51,545 bases of DNA from Erwinia phage Snitter. The translations under genes were made by a program, and so were the position numbers. Positions 17,864 to 29,300 of the stretch are shown here, one piece after another. Every line of letters begins with the position of its first letter. Position 1 is the stretch's first letter. The stretch lies in the sequence record MZ333132.1; one strand, written 5' to 3'. Under the pieces are notes generated by a model. That model was given only the letters and a program-made list of their open reading frames with translations, did no database searches and was not told the origin of the DNA.

Positions 17864-18919
17864 TTAAATCAGACCTTCGAACTTCTTCTTAAACCAGATC
17901 GGAGTTTCCATGAAGATTTCAGGCTCATTGCCATTATACGCAGGCCATGAGTCAGATGAAACCCATCCGTTAAACTTGCTCAATACTTCCATGTACTGTA
18001 CGCGCCCCATTCTTAATTGCTCATCGCCAAGGATAAAGGCCAATGGGATATATGGCTCTTTCTTTTCCTGGGCAAGGAGTCGAACAACAACCGGGCGCTC
18101 TTCAGCAAAAGCCTTGACAAAAAGATCTCGCTGCAATGCCATCTTCAAGTAATACCCCAAGCGAGCGGCGTGAGAATTGAATTCTTCCGGGTTGGCGCTG
18201 GAAGTGGTTTTGTAGTCAGTGATCACGACAACTTCAGGGTATACCTTTGGAACCATCTCGTTTAGCGCTTCGTCAAACTCCCAAATTATGTAATCTGGAA
18301 CAACGTCAACATGATCGAGTCTAACCTTTACCTTAGTCCCGGCTATCGTGCCAAAGATTGACATCTCGCGCTGAGCTGTCGGTGAATTCATGCACTGAGC
18401 GTGCTTTGGGATTGCCTCAAGAACCTGGCGCATACGAATGCATGAATCATAGTTCTCAGCCTTGACCAGCTCAACTCCGTCATGAGCCGCCTTGCTTTGG
18501 GCAATCATGTCTTCCAGCCAAAGGATCTCAAGATCTTCACCGCAATTGGCATACATCTTAATCAACTCCGGGTAAGCCTTTCCGCTAGTACCAGTCAGAC
18601 CGAAGGATTTCAGCTTAGCGGCCAACGCTGCTTGCGATGTGATCAGATCCTTGTAATCGCCCTCATGCGGTGCGCGGCGGTAAGTCTTCTGGAACAGCTC
18701 AGCACATTCGAAATTAGTGTGGGACTGCGTACCAAATTCCAGCGCTGCTGTTGGAGACTTCTGAGAGAAACGCCACGCGGCAGGGCAGGTGGAGTAGATG
18801 TCCGATAGTGAAGATCCTGAAACGTATTCACTAGCCCAACCATCCTTGCTGTGATACTCGTCGTTTGAAAGCTGATCGTTCGTGAACACCTTGAATTCTG
18901 ATTTCTTAGTCATTGCCAT
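17864..18919 (-). CDS. Exonuclease VIII/RecE-like PD-(D/E)XK nuclease
   Basis: LDHVDVVPDYIIWEFDEALNEMVPKVYPEVVVITDYKTTSSANPEEF; ALEFGTQSHTNFECAELF. Confidence 0.8.
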   Translation of the reverse strand: MAMTKKSEFKVFTNDQLSNDEYHSKDGWASEYVSGSSLSDIYSTCPAAWRFSQKSPTAALEFGTQSHTNFECAELFQKTYRRAPHEGDYKDLITSQAALAAKLKSFGLTGTSGKAYPELIKMYANCGEDLEILWLEDMIAQSKAAHDGVELVKAENYDSCIRMRQVLEAIPKHAQCMNSPTAQREMSIFGTIAGTKVKVRLDHVDVVPDYIIWEFDEALNEMVPKVYPEVVVITDYKTTSSANPEEFNSHAARLGYYLKMALQRDLFVKAFAEERPVVVRLLAQEKKEPYIPLAFILGDEQLRMGRVQYMEVLSKFNGWVSSDSWPAYNGNEPEIFMETPIWFKKKFEGLI

Positions 18920-18943
18920 TACTCCTGTTTAGTTGATGCAGTG

Positions 18944-18971
18944 AGTATACGCCAAGATGATGATTAGTCAA
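18944..18971 (-). promoter_or_regulatory. Sigma70-type promoter for recombination operon
   Basis: Minus strand TTGACT-N16-TATACT. Confidence 0.8.
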
Positions 18972-18974
18972 CAC

Positions 18975-19300
18975 CTGATTTGTTATAGGTGTTTTTTGTT
19001 GTTCTAAAATCACAATCCCTTGCGTGAGTAGGCTGTTATAGGTGTTATTGGTGTTATAGCACTTTTCAGACATGGTGCCGCCCGCAACACATAACAATCA
19101 AGTAACATTCAGCAAGGATGAAAGTAAATCAAAACAACTAATAACACTATAACAACTATAACAACATACTATAATAAACCCCCATTAATAATGATATATC
19201 TATATATAATAGGCACTTAAGTTAAAATCATCGCTCACTTTTTGACCTGAAATGAAATCCGGCAGAATTCTATAACAGCCGAAAACAGAAAAAACAAAGC
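18975..19300. repeat. AT-rich non-coding module A with GTTATAG/CTATAAC iterations
   Basis: GTTATAGGTG, GGTGTTATTGGTGTTATAG, AACACTATAACAACTATAACAACATACTATAAT, TGATATATCTATATATAATA, TCTATAACAGCCGAAAACAG; parallels the module at 51241..51515. Confidence 0.7.
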
Positions 19301-19312
19301 CCCACTCGGGGG

Positions 19313-19990
19313 CTAGTCGTAAAGGTTGCAATTTATGTACGGTGGAGCGTATCCGCTTCCCTTGGTCGAGCTAACCCCAATGCTCGCCGAACTCCTTCCC
19401 ATCTGGTTGGATCTAACGATCGTGTTAGTTCCATTAAACCAACACCCGGTAGATCTCTGAATTATCTGAGTTATAATATTACCCCCAATGAATTGTGAAT
19501 AAACAACAGCCCCACAACGAGCCGGGATAATTGCAATCCTTCCCCCAATTGTCTCATTTAAATAATCAGCTGTACCTGCGTTACCTGTTGGGTTTACGAT
19601 ATTTATCCCCTTAAGGACTACGGTTTCATTTGTTAGAATGCACCTCCCCTGGCTGTCATAAATAGCGATCCCCATTGCTGGAGTTGGCTGGAACTGAGCG
19701 CCGAAAACATATATTCTCCCGCTCACGTTACCGCTAGAAAAAGCGCCAACAATAAGCCTGTGCTGATTACCCGACGCTGACTGGTATCCCCATCCGTCAG
19801 ATTGGTTGAACCTGACGAAATAAAGATATGGAACACTACCGATCGCATCAAGGGTAATTGAAGTGCCATTCCCTGAGTTTTCAGTTGCGTTAACATTGAA
19901 ATCCTGACGCCTAACAAGGCACATTGGAACTGTATCTTGAATGAAGAACGGCGTACCGTCCTCCCTTAACATCATTGCACCAAAGCTCAT
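19313..19990 (-). CDS. Tail fibre-associated protein downstream of J
   Basis: 225 aa, overlaps next ORF by 4 nt; position after the J-like gene. Confidence 0.5.
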   Translation of the reverse strand: MSFGAMMLREDGTPFFIQDTVPMCLVRRQDFNVNATENSGNGTSITLDAIGSVPYLYFVRFNQSDGWGYQSASGNQHRLIVGAFSSGNVSGRIYVFGAQFQPTPAMGIAIYDSQGRCILTNETVVLKGINIVNPTGNAGTADYLNETIGGRIAIIPARCGAVVYSQFIGGNIITQIIQRSTGCWFNGTNTIVRSNQMGRSSASIGVSSTKGSGYAPPYINCNLYD

Positions 19991-20295
19991 CGCGCATACC
20001 CCAAGATAAACATTTGATTTAAAGGGTATCTGTCTGTTCCAGATACGTTATTTGGCGCTGGCTGTACTATCACCTGATTACCTGAAACATATATCCGCCT
20101 ACGGTTATCACCAGTGCCGTCTGTATTACTGTTTGGCATAACAACGAATGCCAATGAATAACCAGAAGGAACGTTGAAAGCGTAGGAGGCTGACGTAACC
20201 CCCTCCGGTATCTGAACGTAACCCAGGACATTAACTGGCACCAAGCCCGTGTTGTTGTAATTGCCGTTTCCGTCCCAGGTTCCGAATCCAAACAT
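19987..20295 (-). CDS. Tail-associated hypothetical protein
   Basis: 102 aa, tightly coupled to J-like gene. Confidence 0.5.
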   Translation of the reverse strand: MFGFGTWDGNGNYNNTGLVPVNVLGYVQIPEGVTSASYAFNVPSGYSLAFVVMPNSNTDGTGDNRRRIYVSGNQVIVQPAPNNVSGTDRYPLNQMFILGYAR

Positions 20296-20296
20296 A

Positions 20297-23200
20297 TTAT
20301 AATTGCCCCATTCTTACGCGTAGCACTCCGTTTCCGTCATACACGCTGATTTGATTATTGGTCATAGTCATTCGACCTTGACCAGCTACGCTTCCGTTGT
20401 TCTGGAAGTTGCCGTTTTTATCCAGTTGCCAACCCTGAGTGTTAGCTACAAAGTTGTTTGACTGAATGTAATTTCCTATTTTCGCATTGCTAATTGTACC
20501 ATCTTTAATAATTGCGCTCTGCATGAAAACTTGATTGTTTTCTATGAAGAATGGCAAGCTTGCGATGGTTCCGCCAGAGATTCGACCAACAGCAAAGCGA
20601 TCTACATCCCAAACCGTTTGAGCCAAAGTCACGCCGTTAATCTGAGTGAGCTGGAGGTTGTATCCTGCCGCGTACTCAACGCCGTTATACTTCAGACCTA
20701 ACTTGACCGTTGCGCTAGCCCCGATTCCGCTTGCGTTAATCCATGAGTCAACCTTGTTAACAACAGCCGCCTCTGTGTTCCCAACTCGCGTGCTAAGAGC
20801 CTGAATTGCTGTAGTCCTTGCCTCCGTCTCTGTTGCAAGAGCTTGCCTTGTCGTGGTGATTGAAGCCTCATTATCAGCAACCTTCGCGTCGAGCAACTCA
20901 ACAGACTGAACGCGAGCCTCAGTCTCTGTAGCGATCGCCTCACGAAGAACTCCGATACTTGCATTCGAATCTTCCATCTGAGCGGTTAATTCGCTGACCT
21001 GCCGCGCTCTCGTTTCTGACTCTGTAGCAACAACCTCTTGCAGGTTTGTTATCTTGGCGTTGATATTCTCGTCGATCTCAACCCTAAGCTCTTCAACCTG
21101 AGTAACCCTTGCTTCCGTCTCGTTAGCGATAAGCTCAAGCGCTGTTCCGTACTCTGCCTTTCTCTTGCCGTTCTCTACGCGCGTCCATTTCATATTGTAG
21201 TCTTGGGCTAGCGCATTCTGTATGTCAGTCTGAGCCTGTTCCTTGACCTTGACGGCTGTAGATGCGGCGTTCTCAACCAGATCTTTAAAGCCCTCACTGT
21301 TTTCGATATCGATCTTAACCACTTCCGCAATCTTGTCGAAGTCGTCCGTTGCCATTCCCCTAACAAACTCAGTCCAGGGTGATACGTTTCCGATTCGGTC
21401 AACAGTCCTTACGCGATACCAGTCAACGTAGCCAGCCGGAAGAATGCTATGCCAGTAATCGTACTGCGGATAAGGAACCATCGAAAGTAAGGTTGCGCCT
21501 TCAACTTGCCCGTCTGGTGATTGCTGCAACTCGGTGTAAGCAGTATCTCCAGAGCCAGGAGCAAAGCCCCATTTAACGCGGATTCCGAAAACCTCATCAG
21601 TTGTGGCGATCAGGTTTATCGGTGCGCCAGGCTCCCCAACTTTACCCGTTAACGCTGCCGATACGATAGGCGACCATCCAGAGGAAGTTCCCGTTGCTCC
21701 GATAGTTCTCACCCTAACGAAATAGTTCCCGGTATAAATACCCTCAACATCGATCTCGTTAGCAACAGTCTGCGGCGTGTTATTCCAGTTTCCATCATCC
21801 TTTCGCCACTGCATCTCATAGAACGTTGCATACTGCATTTTGTCCCAAGATACCACCATCGTTTCGACGCTCATCCCCTGAACAATGCGAGAGTAAGAGC
21901 TGATGTTAATTCCAGTCGGAACAGGCAGCACGTCTGGCGTTAGGATGCTTGTAGGTCTGTCTTCAATGCTGACGCCGAAATCAACCTCATCATATTTATT
22001 CGGATCGTACTGTACTCCGCTGATGCTGAAAGTGAACTCTTCGTCGCCGTCACCCTTCTTAACAGATGATACAACATACAGCGCCGGGGCAATGTCTGTA
22101 CGCTCAATAAGGAAAGCCGTATCTGGCTGTGGAACAAAACCAAAACCAACGTTAAGCGTCAGTGTTTTTCCGTCTCCAGATATGCTGGATATTGTGCGCT
22201 TTACCGGGCTTCCGTCGGGCCTGTTAACCATGATGAAATCACCCGGCCTGGCGTCAACCTTAAACGGAAGAAATACCTGAAATCCTGAAACCTCTACAAT
22301 CCTTCCAGAAAGGTTAAGGTCAAGGTTGCTTTGCCAGAAGTTATCCGCGACGGCGATAACGTCGCCAACCATCGGGATCATTCCCTCAAGCCCCGTAGCA
22401 AAGTTGATTACAGTGCTGCGCAGGTTAGTCTTCAGTACCCAGCGCCCCCTTCTGTTTGCCTCACTTCGCCGAACGCACCCGATCGCAGTAAAGCTGGTTG
22501 GGTTGCTCCCGAATCTAAGTGCTGCTTCATAATCAAAAACAGGCTCAAGATCCTGCTGGTACATGTTCTGCTCATCGTCGAAGGTGACGTTGCAGGAAGT
22601 GTACATGCTCTTTTCGCTAGCCATTACATAACTGAAATCTCCGTTAACAACGTTTGAGTTGTTGAAGATGTAGCTTGGCTCCCTTGGCTTGTCGATAATT
22701 ATTGACAGGCTCTCGCCGTTCCAGAATGACATTCCCCTGAAGATGGAGCACACGTCACGAATCAACGTGTAAGCCTCTACCTGGCTTTGAACAACCATGT
22801 CGCAGAAGTAACGAGGCTCATCGCCGCCTTTCCCGTCTGGCACTCGCTGATCGCAATACTGAGCAACCTCATAGAGCGACCACTTATCAACCGGGATTCC
22901 CAGCTCTCTCTGATCTAATCCGTAGCGCTGATTAATGATCAGGTCATAAAGAACCCACGCCGGATTATTCGTCCATGCCCGCTTAAATGTTCCATCCCAC
23001 GATCCAGAGTAAGTCCTTGATAGCGGATCGTAATTGCTCGGCACGTTAACAACTTTCCACTTCTTTTTAGTGGAGATTACCGGGATTCCACTCGGGAACA
23101 TCTTCGAATCAAACTCAACGTAAATCAGCCCGGTCAGCGGATAACGGAACTTTGCATCAACTACTTCGGCATAGCTCTGAACCTGGATTGCATCAACAAG

Positions 23201-23788
23201 GTTTGAATCGGTGCTATCCGCCGTTATGCGACTAACCCTTACTAAAACCTGGTTGTTGAATGCCGGAAGGTTAACACGCCGCGTTCTGTCGTATCCGGTA
23301 GTTGTGTTCTTTCCCTGGATCACGTCGTCAATAACAGTCTGGTAAGGTGCGCCATCGACAGCGATTTCAATCTTGTAATTAACTCTTACCCCAACCCTGT
23401 CTCCGTTGCTCTTTGCCTGAACAAGGCGAGGTGCCATTATTTTAACGCGCGTTGCAGAGATCACTTTGTTAGTGATTGAGTAAACGAAGGGGTTTGTCGT
23501 GGTAAGCGCCCTGTTAACAGTTATCTCGCTTGAGGTGTCGGCGAACCCTTTGATGTAACCTTGTGTCTGCGTGCCTGGCCTAAACTCTGCAACAACGTCA
23601 GGGTAGCTATCAAGGCTAACATCGTTGAACATGACCATGCCTCGACGGAACTCGCTATCAACTTCGCCGTCAGAAACAGCAAGTAAGATTTTGATTTTGT
23701 TGATGGAGATAAGGTTATCAGCCATCTCTATCGGCGTGTAAGGTTTTGACTCACCACCTTTAGAGCCTGTAACACGTTTTTGATTCAT
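20297..23788 (-). CDS. Tail tip/host specificity protein, lambda J-like
   Basis: 1163 aa; KRVTGSKGG start, fibronectin-type repeats, long ETEAR coiled repeats; follows I-like gene. Confidence 0.85.
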   Translation of the reverse strand: MNQKRVTGSKGGESKPYTPIEMADNLISINKIKILLAVSDGEVDSEFRRGMVMFNDVSLDSYPDVVAEFRPGTQTQGYIKGFADTSSEITVNRALTTTNPFVYSITNKVISATRVKIMAPRLVQAKSNGDRVGVRVNYKIEIAVDGAPYQTVIDDVIQGKNTTTGYDRTRRVNLPAFNNQVLVRVSRITADSTDSNLVDAIQVQSYAEVVDAKFRYPLTGLIYVEFDSKMFPSGIPVISTKKKWKVVNVPSNYDPLSRTYSGSWDGTFKRAWTNNPAWVLYDLIINQRYGLDQRELGIPVDKWSLYEVAQYCDQRVPDGKGGDEPRYFCDMVVQSQVEAYTLIRDVCSIFRGMSFWNGESLSIIIDKPREPSYIFNNSNVVNGDFSYVMASEKSMYTSCNVTFDDEQNMYQQDLEPVFDYEAALRFGSNPTSFTAIGCVRRSEANRRGRWVLKTNLRSTVINFATGLEGMIPMVGDVIAVADNFWQSNLDLNLSGRIVEVSGFQVFLPFKVDARPGDFIMVNRPDGSPVKRTISSISGDGKTLTLNVGFGFVPQPDTAFLIERTDIAPALYVVSSVKKGDGDEEFTFSISGVQYDPNKYDEVDFGVSIEDRPTSILTPDVLPVPTGINISSYSRIVQGMSVETMVVSWDKMQYATFYEMQWRKDDGNWNNTPQTVANEIDVEGIYTGNYFVRVRTIGATGTSSGWSPIVSAALTGKVGEPGAPINLIATTDEVFGIRVKWGFAPGSGDTAYTELQQSPDGQVEGATLLSMVPYPQYDYWHSILPAGYVDWYRVRTVDRIGNVSPWTEFVRGMATDDFDKIAEVVKIDIENSEGFKDLVENAASTAVKVKEQAQTDIQNALAQDYNMKWTRVENGKRKAEYGTALELIANETEARVTQVEELRVEIDENINAKITNLQEVVATESETRARQVSELTAQMEDSNASIGVLREAIATETEARVQSVELLDAKVADNEASITTTRQALATETEARTTAIQALSTRVGNTEAAVVNKVDSWINASGIGASATVKLGLKYNGVEYAAGYNLQLTQINGVTLAQTVWDVDRFAVGRISGGTIASLPFFIENNQVFMQSAIIKDGTISNAKIGNYIQSNNFVANTQGWQLDKNGNFQNNGSVAGQGRMTMTNNQISVYDGNGVLRVRMGQL

Positions 23789-23864
23789 GTGTTTAGCCTT
23801 TTGTGCTGTTTAACGGTAATGCCATTATACAGGCAATAAAAAACCCGCGCAAGGCGGGTTGATT

Positions 23865-24464
23865 TTAGTTCAAGTCCTCGGCGTAAGTGCCTGCTGAGAA
23901 TATGGCACCACCAACCGTTCTTTCTCCATATGGAACCGGGATCGGGTATCCTGCCGCCGTAGTATTGACCGCTCCGCCGAATGCGTATGAAGGTTTGTTT
24001 TTGCTGGACTGCACCTCAAGCTGAGAGCCACCTTGCTGAGGTGAAACCATCTGCATAACACCACCAAGAACCATCGCGCCGCCCGCCATGAATGCAGCGG
24101 ATGAGAATGCACCCATAGCCGTTAGTGATGCGCCTCCCGTATAGAAAGCGGCAACCATTATCACAACGCCAACAACTATCTGTGTAAGCCCGCCGTTCTT
24201 CGATCCTGTCGGGATCGGGATTATCCTGATCTCACTGGCGCATTTAACGGCGTCTTCGTCGTTAAGTCCCACATTCTTTCCGTCAATGAATATGGCGAAC
24301 TTCATACGGCTTCCGATCTCGCTCTGCATGAAGGCTTTGAAGCCCTCCACCTGGTAGCTCAGCGCCCGGATAGCCTCCGGGAAACTGTCTATAGCCATCT
24401 TATGGAATACACCGAAGCGACGCCCAAGAGAGCCGGAAAGCTTGATTAATTTTACCTCACTCAT
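23865..24464 (-). CDS. Tail assembly protein, lambda I-like
   Basis: VKLIKLSGSLGRRFGVFHKMAIDSFPEAIRAL; start moved to MSEVKL. Confidence 0.8.
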   Translation of the reverse strand: MSEVKLIKLSGSLGRRFGVFHKMAIDSFPEAIRALSYQVEGFKAFMQSEIGSRMKFAIFIDGKNVGLNDEDAVKCASEIRIIPIPTGSKNGGLTQIVVGVVIMVAAFYTGGASLTAMGAFSSAAFMAGGAMVLGGVMQMVSPQQGGSQLEVQSSKNKPSYAFGGAVNTTAAGYPIPVPYGERTVGGAIFSAGTYAEDLN

Positions 24465-25177
24465 AATTTCAGATCCTTGTGTCTGCAAACCATTACTGTG
24501 TGATCTGCCAGCCAGCCCGAATAAATATCCTCCCTGGATAGTTTACTGTGCATGTGGTGCAAGATCGTATTCTCGCCAGTGTAAATCCCGGCATGATTCC
24601 AGGTTGTTGACTGCAACTGCATGATGATCATATCCCCAACCTGCGGCGGCTGATTGGTTGGTACGAAGCCCTCAGACAGATAGAAGTCCTTGTAAAGGCT
24701 CATTCCGTGCTCAAGGTTCCACCACTCATAATCAAGCCTGTAATCAGTGAGGATTATACCATGTAGCTTGTGCCAATCCATTACCAACCCGTAACAGTCG
24801 TAAGAGCCAATTGACCAAGGGCGACCAATCAGCGGCGACTCGGCAGGCTCTACGATTCTCAAATCACCTTCAGGCAAACTAACGATAACCCACGGAATGC
24901 CCATTTCGTTGCATATGCAAGTATCATGCGCTGAAGGAAGCGTTGTAGCTCCGTCTCCCGTGTGAGAATGAACAACCGCGATCACTTCATTCTCATCCAT
25001 GATTTCAGCGTACTGCTGAGCGTCAAGCTCGAAGTGGTTTTCTGGATCACGGTGTACGTTATCGATCGGGTGATAAGTCATAGCGCGAGACTTCTGAGTA
25101 ACCACGCCGCAACACTCAGCGGGATAAACTTCATTGGCATGTCGCATTATTTCCAGCTTAACTTTAGTGGTTAGCAT
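24461..25177 (-). CDS. Tail tip protein, lambda K-like (JAB/Mov34 + NlpC/P60)
   Basis: ECCGVV, VVHSHTGDGATTLPSAHD; YDCYGLVMDW and WNHAGIYTG. Confidence 0.85.
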   Translation of the reverse strand: MLTTKVKLEIMRHANEVYPAECCGVVTQKSRAMTYHPIDNVHRDPENHFELDAQQYAEIMDENEVIAVVHSHTGDGATTLPSAHDTCICNEMGIPWVIVSLPEGDLRIVEPAESPLIGRPWSIGSYDCYGLVMDWHKLHGIILTDYRLDYEWWNLEHGMSLYKDFYLSEGFVPTNQPPQVGDMIIMQLQSTTWNHAGIYTGENTILHHMHSKLSREDIYSGWLADHTVMVCRHKDLKL

Positions 25178-25185
25178 AAAAATCC

Positions 25186-25938
25186 TTACTGTTGGTTTCT
25201 GAGTAACGAGGCAACGGCACATCCCCCAAAGTCCAGCTCATTTCCTTCGCCGAAGCGGAGGCTGCAAGATCTGGTCGTCCCGGCGCAAAAGTCAAGTGAT
25301 GGATCGGAAACCGGGTTGTTGTCTTTGTCGAAGTATCTGTTGCCGTTGTAAGAGCATCCCTTTCCGCTTTTATACCATCCGCGCTGTGCCCAAAAGCAGG
25401 AGGCCTGAGTAAGGCGTGGGGGTATCATTACGCCGTCCATGTCGTAAGGGCTGGTCATGTCAAACTGAACAATCTCCTTGCTGATGTAGGTAGGCCGTTC
25501 GATGTAATAGATAAACTTTCGGAACGCTCCATCATTAATGTTCCCAGTTACATCCATCAACTCAGCGGTAGTAATCCAGATCGTAACCTTGGCTTGCATC
25601 ATGCCATTGTACACGCGAACCATACCGGAAACTCTGCCGTCTATATTTGACAGAGAAAGCTGAGGCTTTCCAGGCGTCCCGTTACTGTTAAGCTCGATCC
25701 CTCCGATGCCAAATGGCCTGGCTCCGTATTCCTGCCCCTTGAATATGATGTTTTTCGGTGGAAGGTTTCCGGTTTGCTGAGCCTGCATTAGCTCTTGGGA
25801 TGTGTATTGAAGATTCTCATTGTGGAACCGATAAATTTGAGATCCGAATTTCGTTCCGTCAACCTCAACGAGGGTGATTATTTCCCCTGGGTAAAGTGAC
25901 TGTAAAGCATTTTCGAATTTGACATCCATAGCTTTCAC
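25186..25938 (-). CDS. Minor tail protein, lambda L-like
   Basis: C-terminal CSYNGN..CAGTTRSCSLRFG cysteines; gene order. Confidence 0.8.
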   Translation of the reverse strand: MKAMDVKFENALQSLYPGEIITLVEVDGTKFGSQIYRFHNENLQYTSQELMQAQQTGNLPPKNIIFKGQEYGARPFGIGGIELNSNGTPGKPQLSLSNIDGRVSGMVRVYNGMMQAKVTIWITTAELMDVTGNINDGAFRKFIYYIERPTYISKEIVQFDMTSPYDMDGVMIPPRLTQASCFWAQRGWYKSGKGCSYNGNRYFDKDNNPVSDPSLDFCAGTTRSCSLRFGEGNELDFGGCAVASLLRNQQ

Positions 25939-25999
25939 CTCTGTTTGATTAGCAAACCATTTTACAGGTAATAAAAAGCCCGCGCAAGGCGGGCCGTGT

Positions 26000-26350
26000 T
26001 TACTTCATTGCTGTGAACTGCTCAACGAAAACGCAATTAATCTCTCTCACCTTGCGAGAGACAACCTTGCTCGCTATCGTTCCAGCCTTAACCCTGAACA
26101 AACCAACGTCACCTTCTGGCGTCGTCCAGATGAAAGGGGTGATAACGTGTGACCTGCAAAAGGACTGCATAGCGGCCCAATCAAGAGCCGCATACACCAC
26201 GTTAAAAGAGCGCCTACTGACGTTAAACCCAGCTGAGGCAACTTGGACATATCCATTCCCAAATGATACCTCCCTGGCTGAGTTTTCTTCCGTAGCTGAG
26301 CCTCCGTTAGACTGCACCTGGATGCAGTATTTAAACGTGTCAATCGCCAT
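26000..26350 (-). CDS. Minor tail protein, lambda M-like
   Basis: MAIDTFKYCIQVQSNGG start; gene order. Confidence 0.75.
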   Translation of the reverse strand: MAIDTFKYCIQVQSNGGSATEENSAREVSFGNGYVQVASAGFNVSRRSFNVVYAALDWAAMQSFCRSHVITPFIWTTPEGDVGLFRVKAGTIASKVVSRKVREINCVFVEQFTAMK

Positions 26351-26354
26351 ATTA

Positions 26355-29300
26355 TTACTTCCTATTTGCGTTAATGTAGTTGAATACAGCGCCACCCTGC
26401 GAGCAAGATTTCTGAATCATGTCCTCAAAAATAGCCCTGATTCCCGTTTGCAATCCTTTAGGATCGTTGCCGTTATCAACATCAACGTTAATGTCACCGA
26501 AAATAAACTGACTTGGAGATCCTGCCGGGTTGCTGGTAGTTGATGAGCTTGTGCCGCCTCCAACAACTCCGCCGTTAGCGTAACCCCGCATCATGCGGTA
26601 AAGGTTGCCAGTCCCGATCCTTTGGGTTGCCTCTTTGGTGAATACGAATTCGCCTCCGTGAACTACCCCGGCTGGCTCGTACTTCCCGCCGCCCCCAGTG
26701 TACCCGCCTGCCGCAAATCCCTTACGATCTGGAACTACTCCACCATTTGCAAAAGAAAGGTTTGAGTAAGATCCACCAGAAAACGAGCTATTAGAGGATG
26801 CACCGCCTCCGCCACCGAAAGCCGCAGCCAACGTATTAAAGATAATCATTTGCATAATCATCTTGATGATCATGGTGATGATGCTTGAAGCGAAGTCTGC
26901 AAAGTTCGCCTTTCCGGTAGTCAGTGCGCTGGTCAACAAATCTGTCATTCCGTTGAGTGATGCCGTTACAACCTCGCCAACGTTCTGATAGATATTCGTT
27001 GCACGCTCTCCGAAGTTCTCAAAGGCGTTACTCGCTCCTGCCAGCCAGTTAGCTCGCTTCTGCTCTTCAGCCGCATAATACTGATCGCTTGCCGCTTGCA
27101 TTTTAAGGTAAGCAGCATCGGTAGCTTGACCTCCTTTAGCCTGCCAATCTGCAAGCATCTGAGCTTCCTTCGCTGCTCTGTCCTGATCCTTGTCACCCAT
27201 TGATGCATTGTCAAGCTTGGCCTGGTTAGCAGCCATCTGAAGTATGAACTTGTTAGCCTGATCCAGTCGTGAATTCATCTGCTCTTGCGCTACAATCTGA
27301 TCCCCAAGCACAGCCTTTTGCTCTGACATCTGCAAGATCTTATCCTTGTTGAGAAGGATTGACTTCTCGTCCTTGGTCAGCGCCCTTGTCTTCTGAGCAT
27401 CCTCAATAACCTGAATCTTAGCTTGGTCATTCCACAGCGTTTTGCGCTGCTGGCTAATCTTGTCGTTTACGCTGGTGTGTTCCTTCAACACTTTTAGCTG
27501 GGTCTGCAAGGCGATGATATCAGCGTTATGCTGGTCAAGGATTTTGTTTCCCTGGTCAACTGAAACCTGTTTAGCCTTGGTTGTTTTTGCCAGACCTTCA
27601 GCCTCTTTGGCGACCGCATCCTTTACCGCTGAGTCTGGCCCGGACTTGCCTCCTGCATCGTTCTTTTTCAGGTATCCGCTTTCACCTTTGGCTATCCTTG
27701 CGTTCCTTGCGTCAATTATTTTGAGTAGCTCGTCGTTTTCCTTTTTGAAGCCCTCAACCTGCTCTTTCATATCACCAGCAACGTCACCGAATATTTTCTT
27801 ACCGCCTGGCAGTTTCGTCAGCTTAGCAGCCGCGCTAGCCATGAAATCACCGATAATAATATCACCCTGGCGAAGAGTGTAGGAAATCTGGTCAACCAAC
27901 TGAGCCACAATATCAGTGATGAAATTGAATGCCGCTAGCGTCCTGCTTCCGACAGTATCCCATGCACTGCTTGCCCACTGCTTCACATCATTCCACATCT
28001 TCTCAAGTGGTGTTGCTGAGTCGGCGATCTCTTTCAGTCGCTTATCCATAACATCAGCGAACAGCCTGGTTGCTTCGGTTGTGGCTGCTGTCTGCCCCTG
28101 GGTTTTCTTCAGCTTGTCGATGTAAGTCAACTGTCCCTTTTCGAGGAAGTTAAATTGCTCGTTTAAATCAGCCAAACCCTTGACCGGATCTTTTGAGATT
28201 TTGTCAAAGTACCCGATAACATCTCCGCTGCTTTGCCCGGTAACTGTTGCCCATTCGGCAGTTGTTTTGGTAATGAGCGCGATCTGATCTCGCGTGTACT
28301 TTCCAGACTTAACCAGCTCCGTCGCGATGCCCATAATAGAGCTAACGGTTGCCGAAGTTTGACCTTCGATCGTCTGAGCCATCTCAAGAACCTGCTGAGA
28401 TGATTGAACCGAATATCGACCAGTCAGCACAATGGCTTCATTCAATTCAGACTGTTTCTTATAAGACGAATATGCGGCAATACCCATTCCAGCAAGAAGG
28501 CCAACAGTAACGCCGATAGCCACATTCATCGGGTTCAGGAATGAAGTTAGGACTTTAGCAGCGTTGCCCACTCCGCCGAATGAATCCTTAATCTGCCCGC
28601 CCTGCTGAATAGCAACCAACCAGATCGGCATCCCGCCAGCAAGTGAAGTCGCCACATCAGTAATCTGAGCCGGGAGCATCCGCATAGCCTGGTTATATTG
28701 CCCCGCTGAAATTCCAGCCAGTCTCATTCCGCCAGCTTGCGCTTTCAACTGCGAGATCATTGGTGCTGCCTGCTCGCTTATCCCAAGCTGAGCCGCCCGC
28801 ATCTCAAGCAATTCACCCTTCGTTTTATTCAGGGTTGAAACCTGCATTTCCAGGCTTCGCAAAAATGCTTGCTGATCTGACTGAGACTTAGCCTTAGCCG
28901 CCGCCTCTGACTTAACCGCCCTCTCTTCGTCCTGCAACGCCTTGATGCTTTGAAGTATAGGAGACGCCCTGGTTCCAACTCCAAGCCTGTCGGCCTGCAT
29001 TTGCTTCATCTCATCCGACGTTTTCCCGATCGCCGCCTGCTGTTGCTTAAGGGATTCAATAAATTTATTGCCCTCGGCAGTTGCTTTGCGCTTGGCTGCT
29101 GCCTCAACCTCAGCCTCTCGGCCTTCTGCCGTCAATGCGCTTTTCATCTTGTTAAGTGCGTTTGACTGACTTTCGATTACCGCTCCAAGGCGGAAAAACT
29201 CATCATCAGGAACGACGCCACGTTTCCATGCGGCATCAAGCTGAGTCGCTGCATCCTTAAGCTGTTGCATCTTTCCAACGGTAGGATCGATTGCACGGCG

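Noticed and set aside
17864-18971. TTGACT-N16-TATACT promoter as another member of the dyad family.
   Set aside because: It has a normal -35 at normal spacing and no dyad; it is an ordinary sigma70-type promoter.
18975-19300. Module A as an attachment site or transposon end.
   Set aside because: No integrase or transposase gene was seen and there is no flanking target duplication; the order of shared blocks fits a diverged functional site better.
20297-23788. ETEAR repeats in the J-like protein as a novel repeat system.
   Set aside because: Coiled-coil heptad-like repetition is common in the C-terminal stalk of J-type tail proteins.
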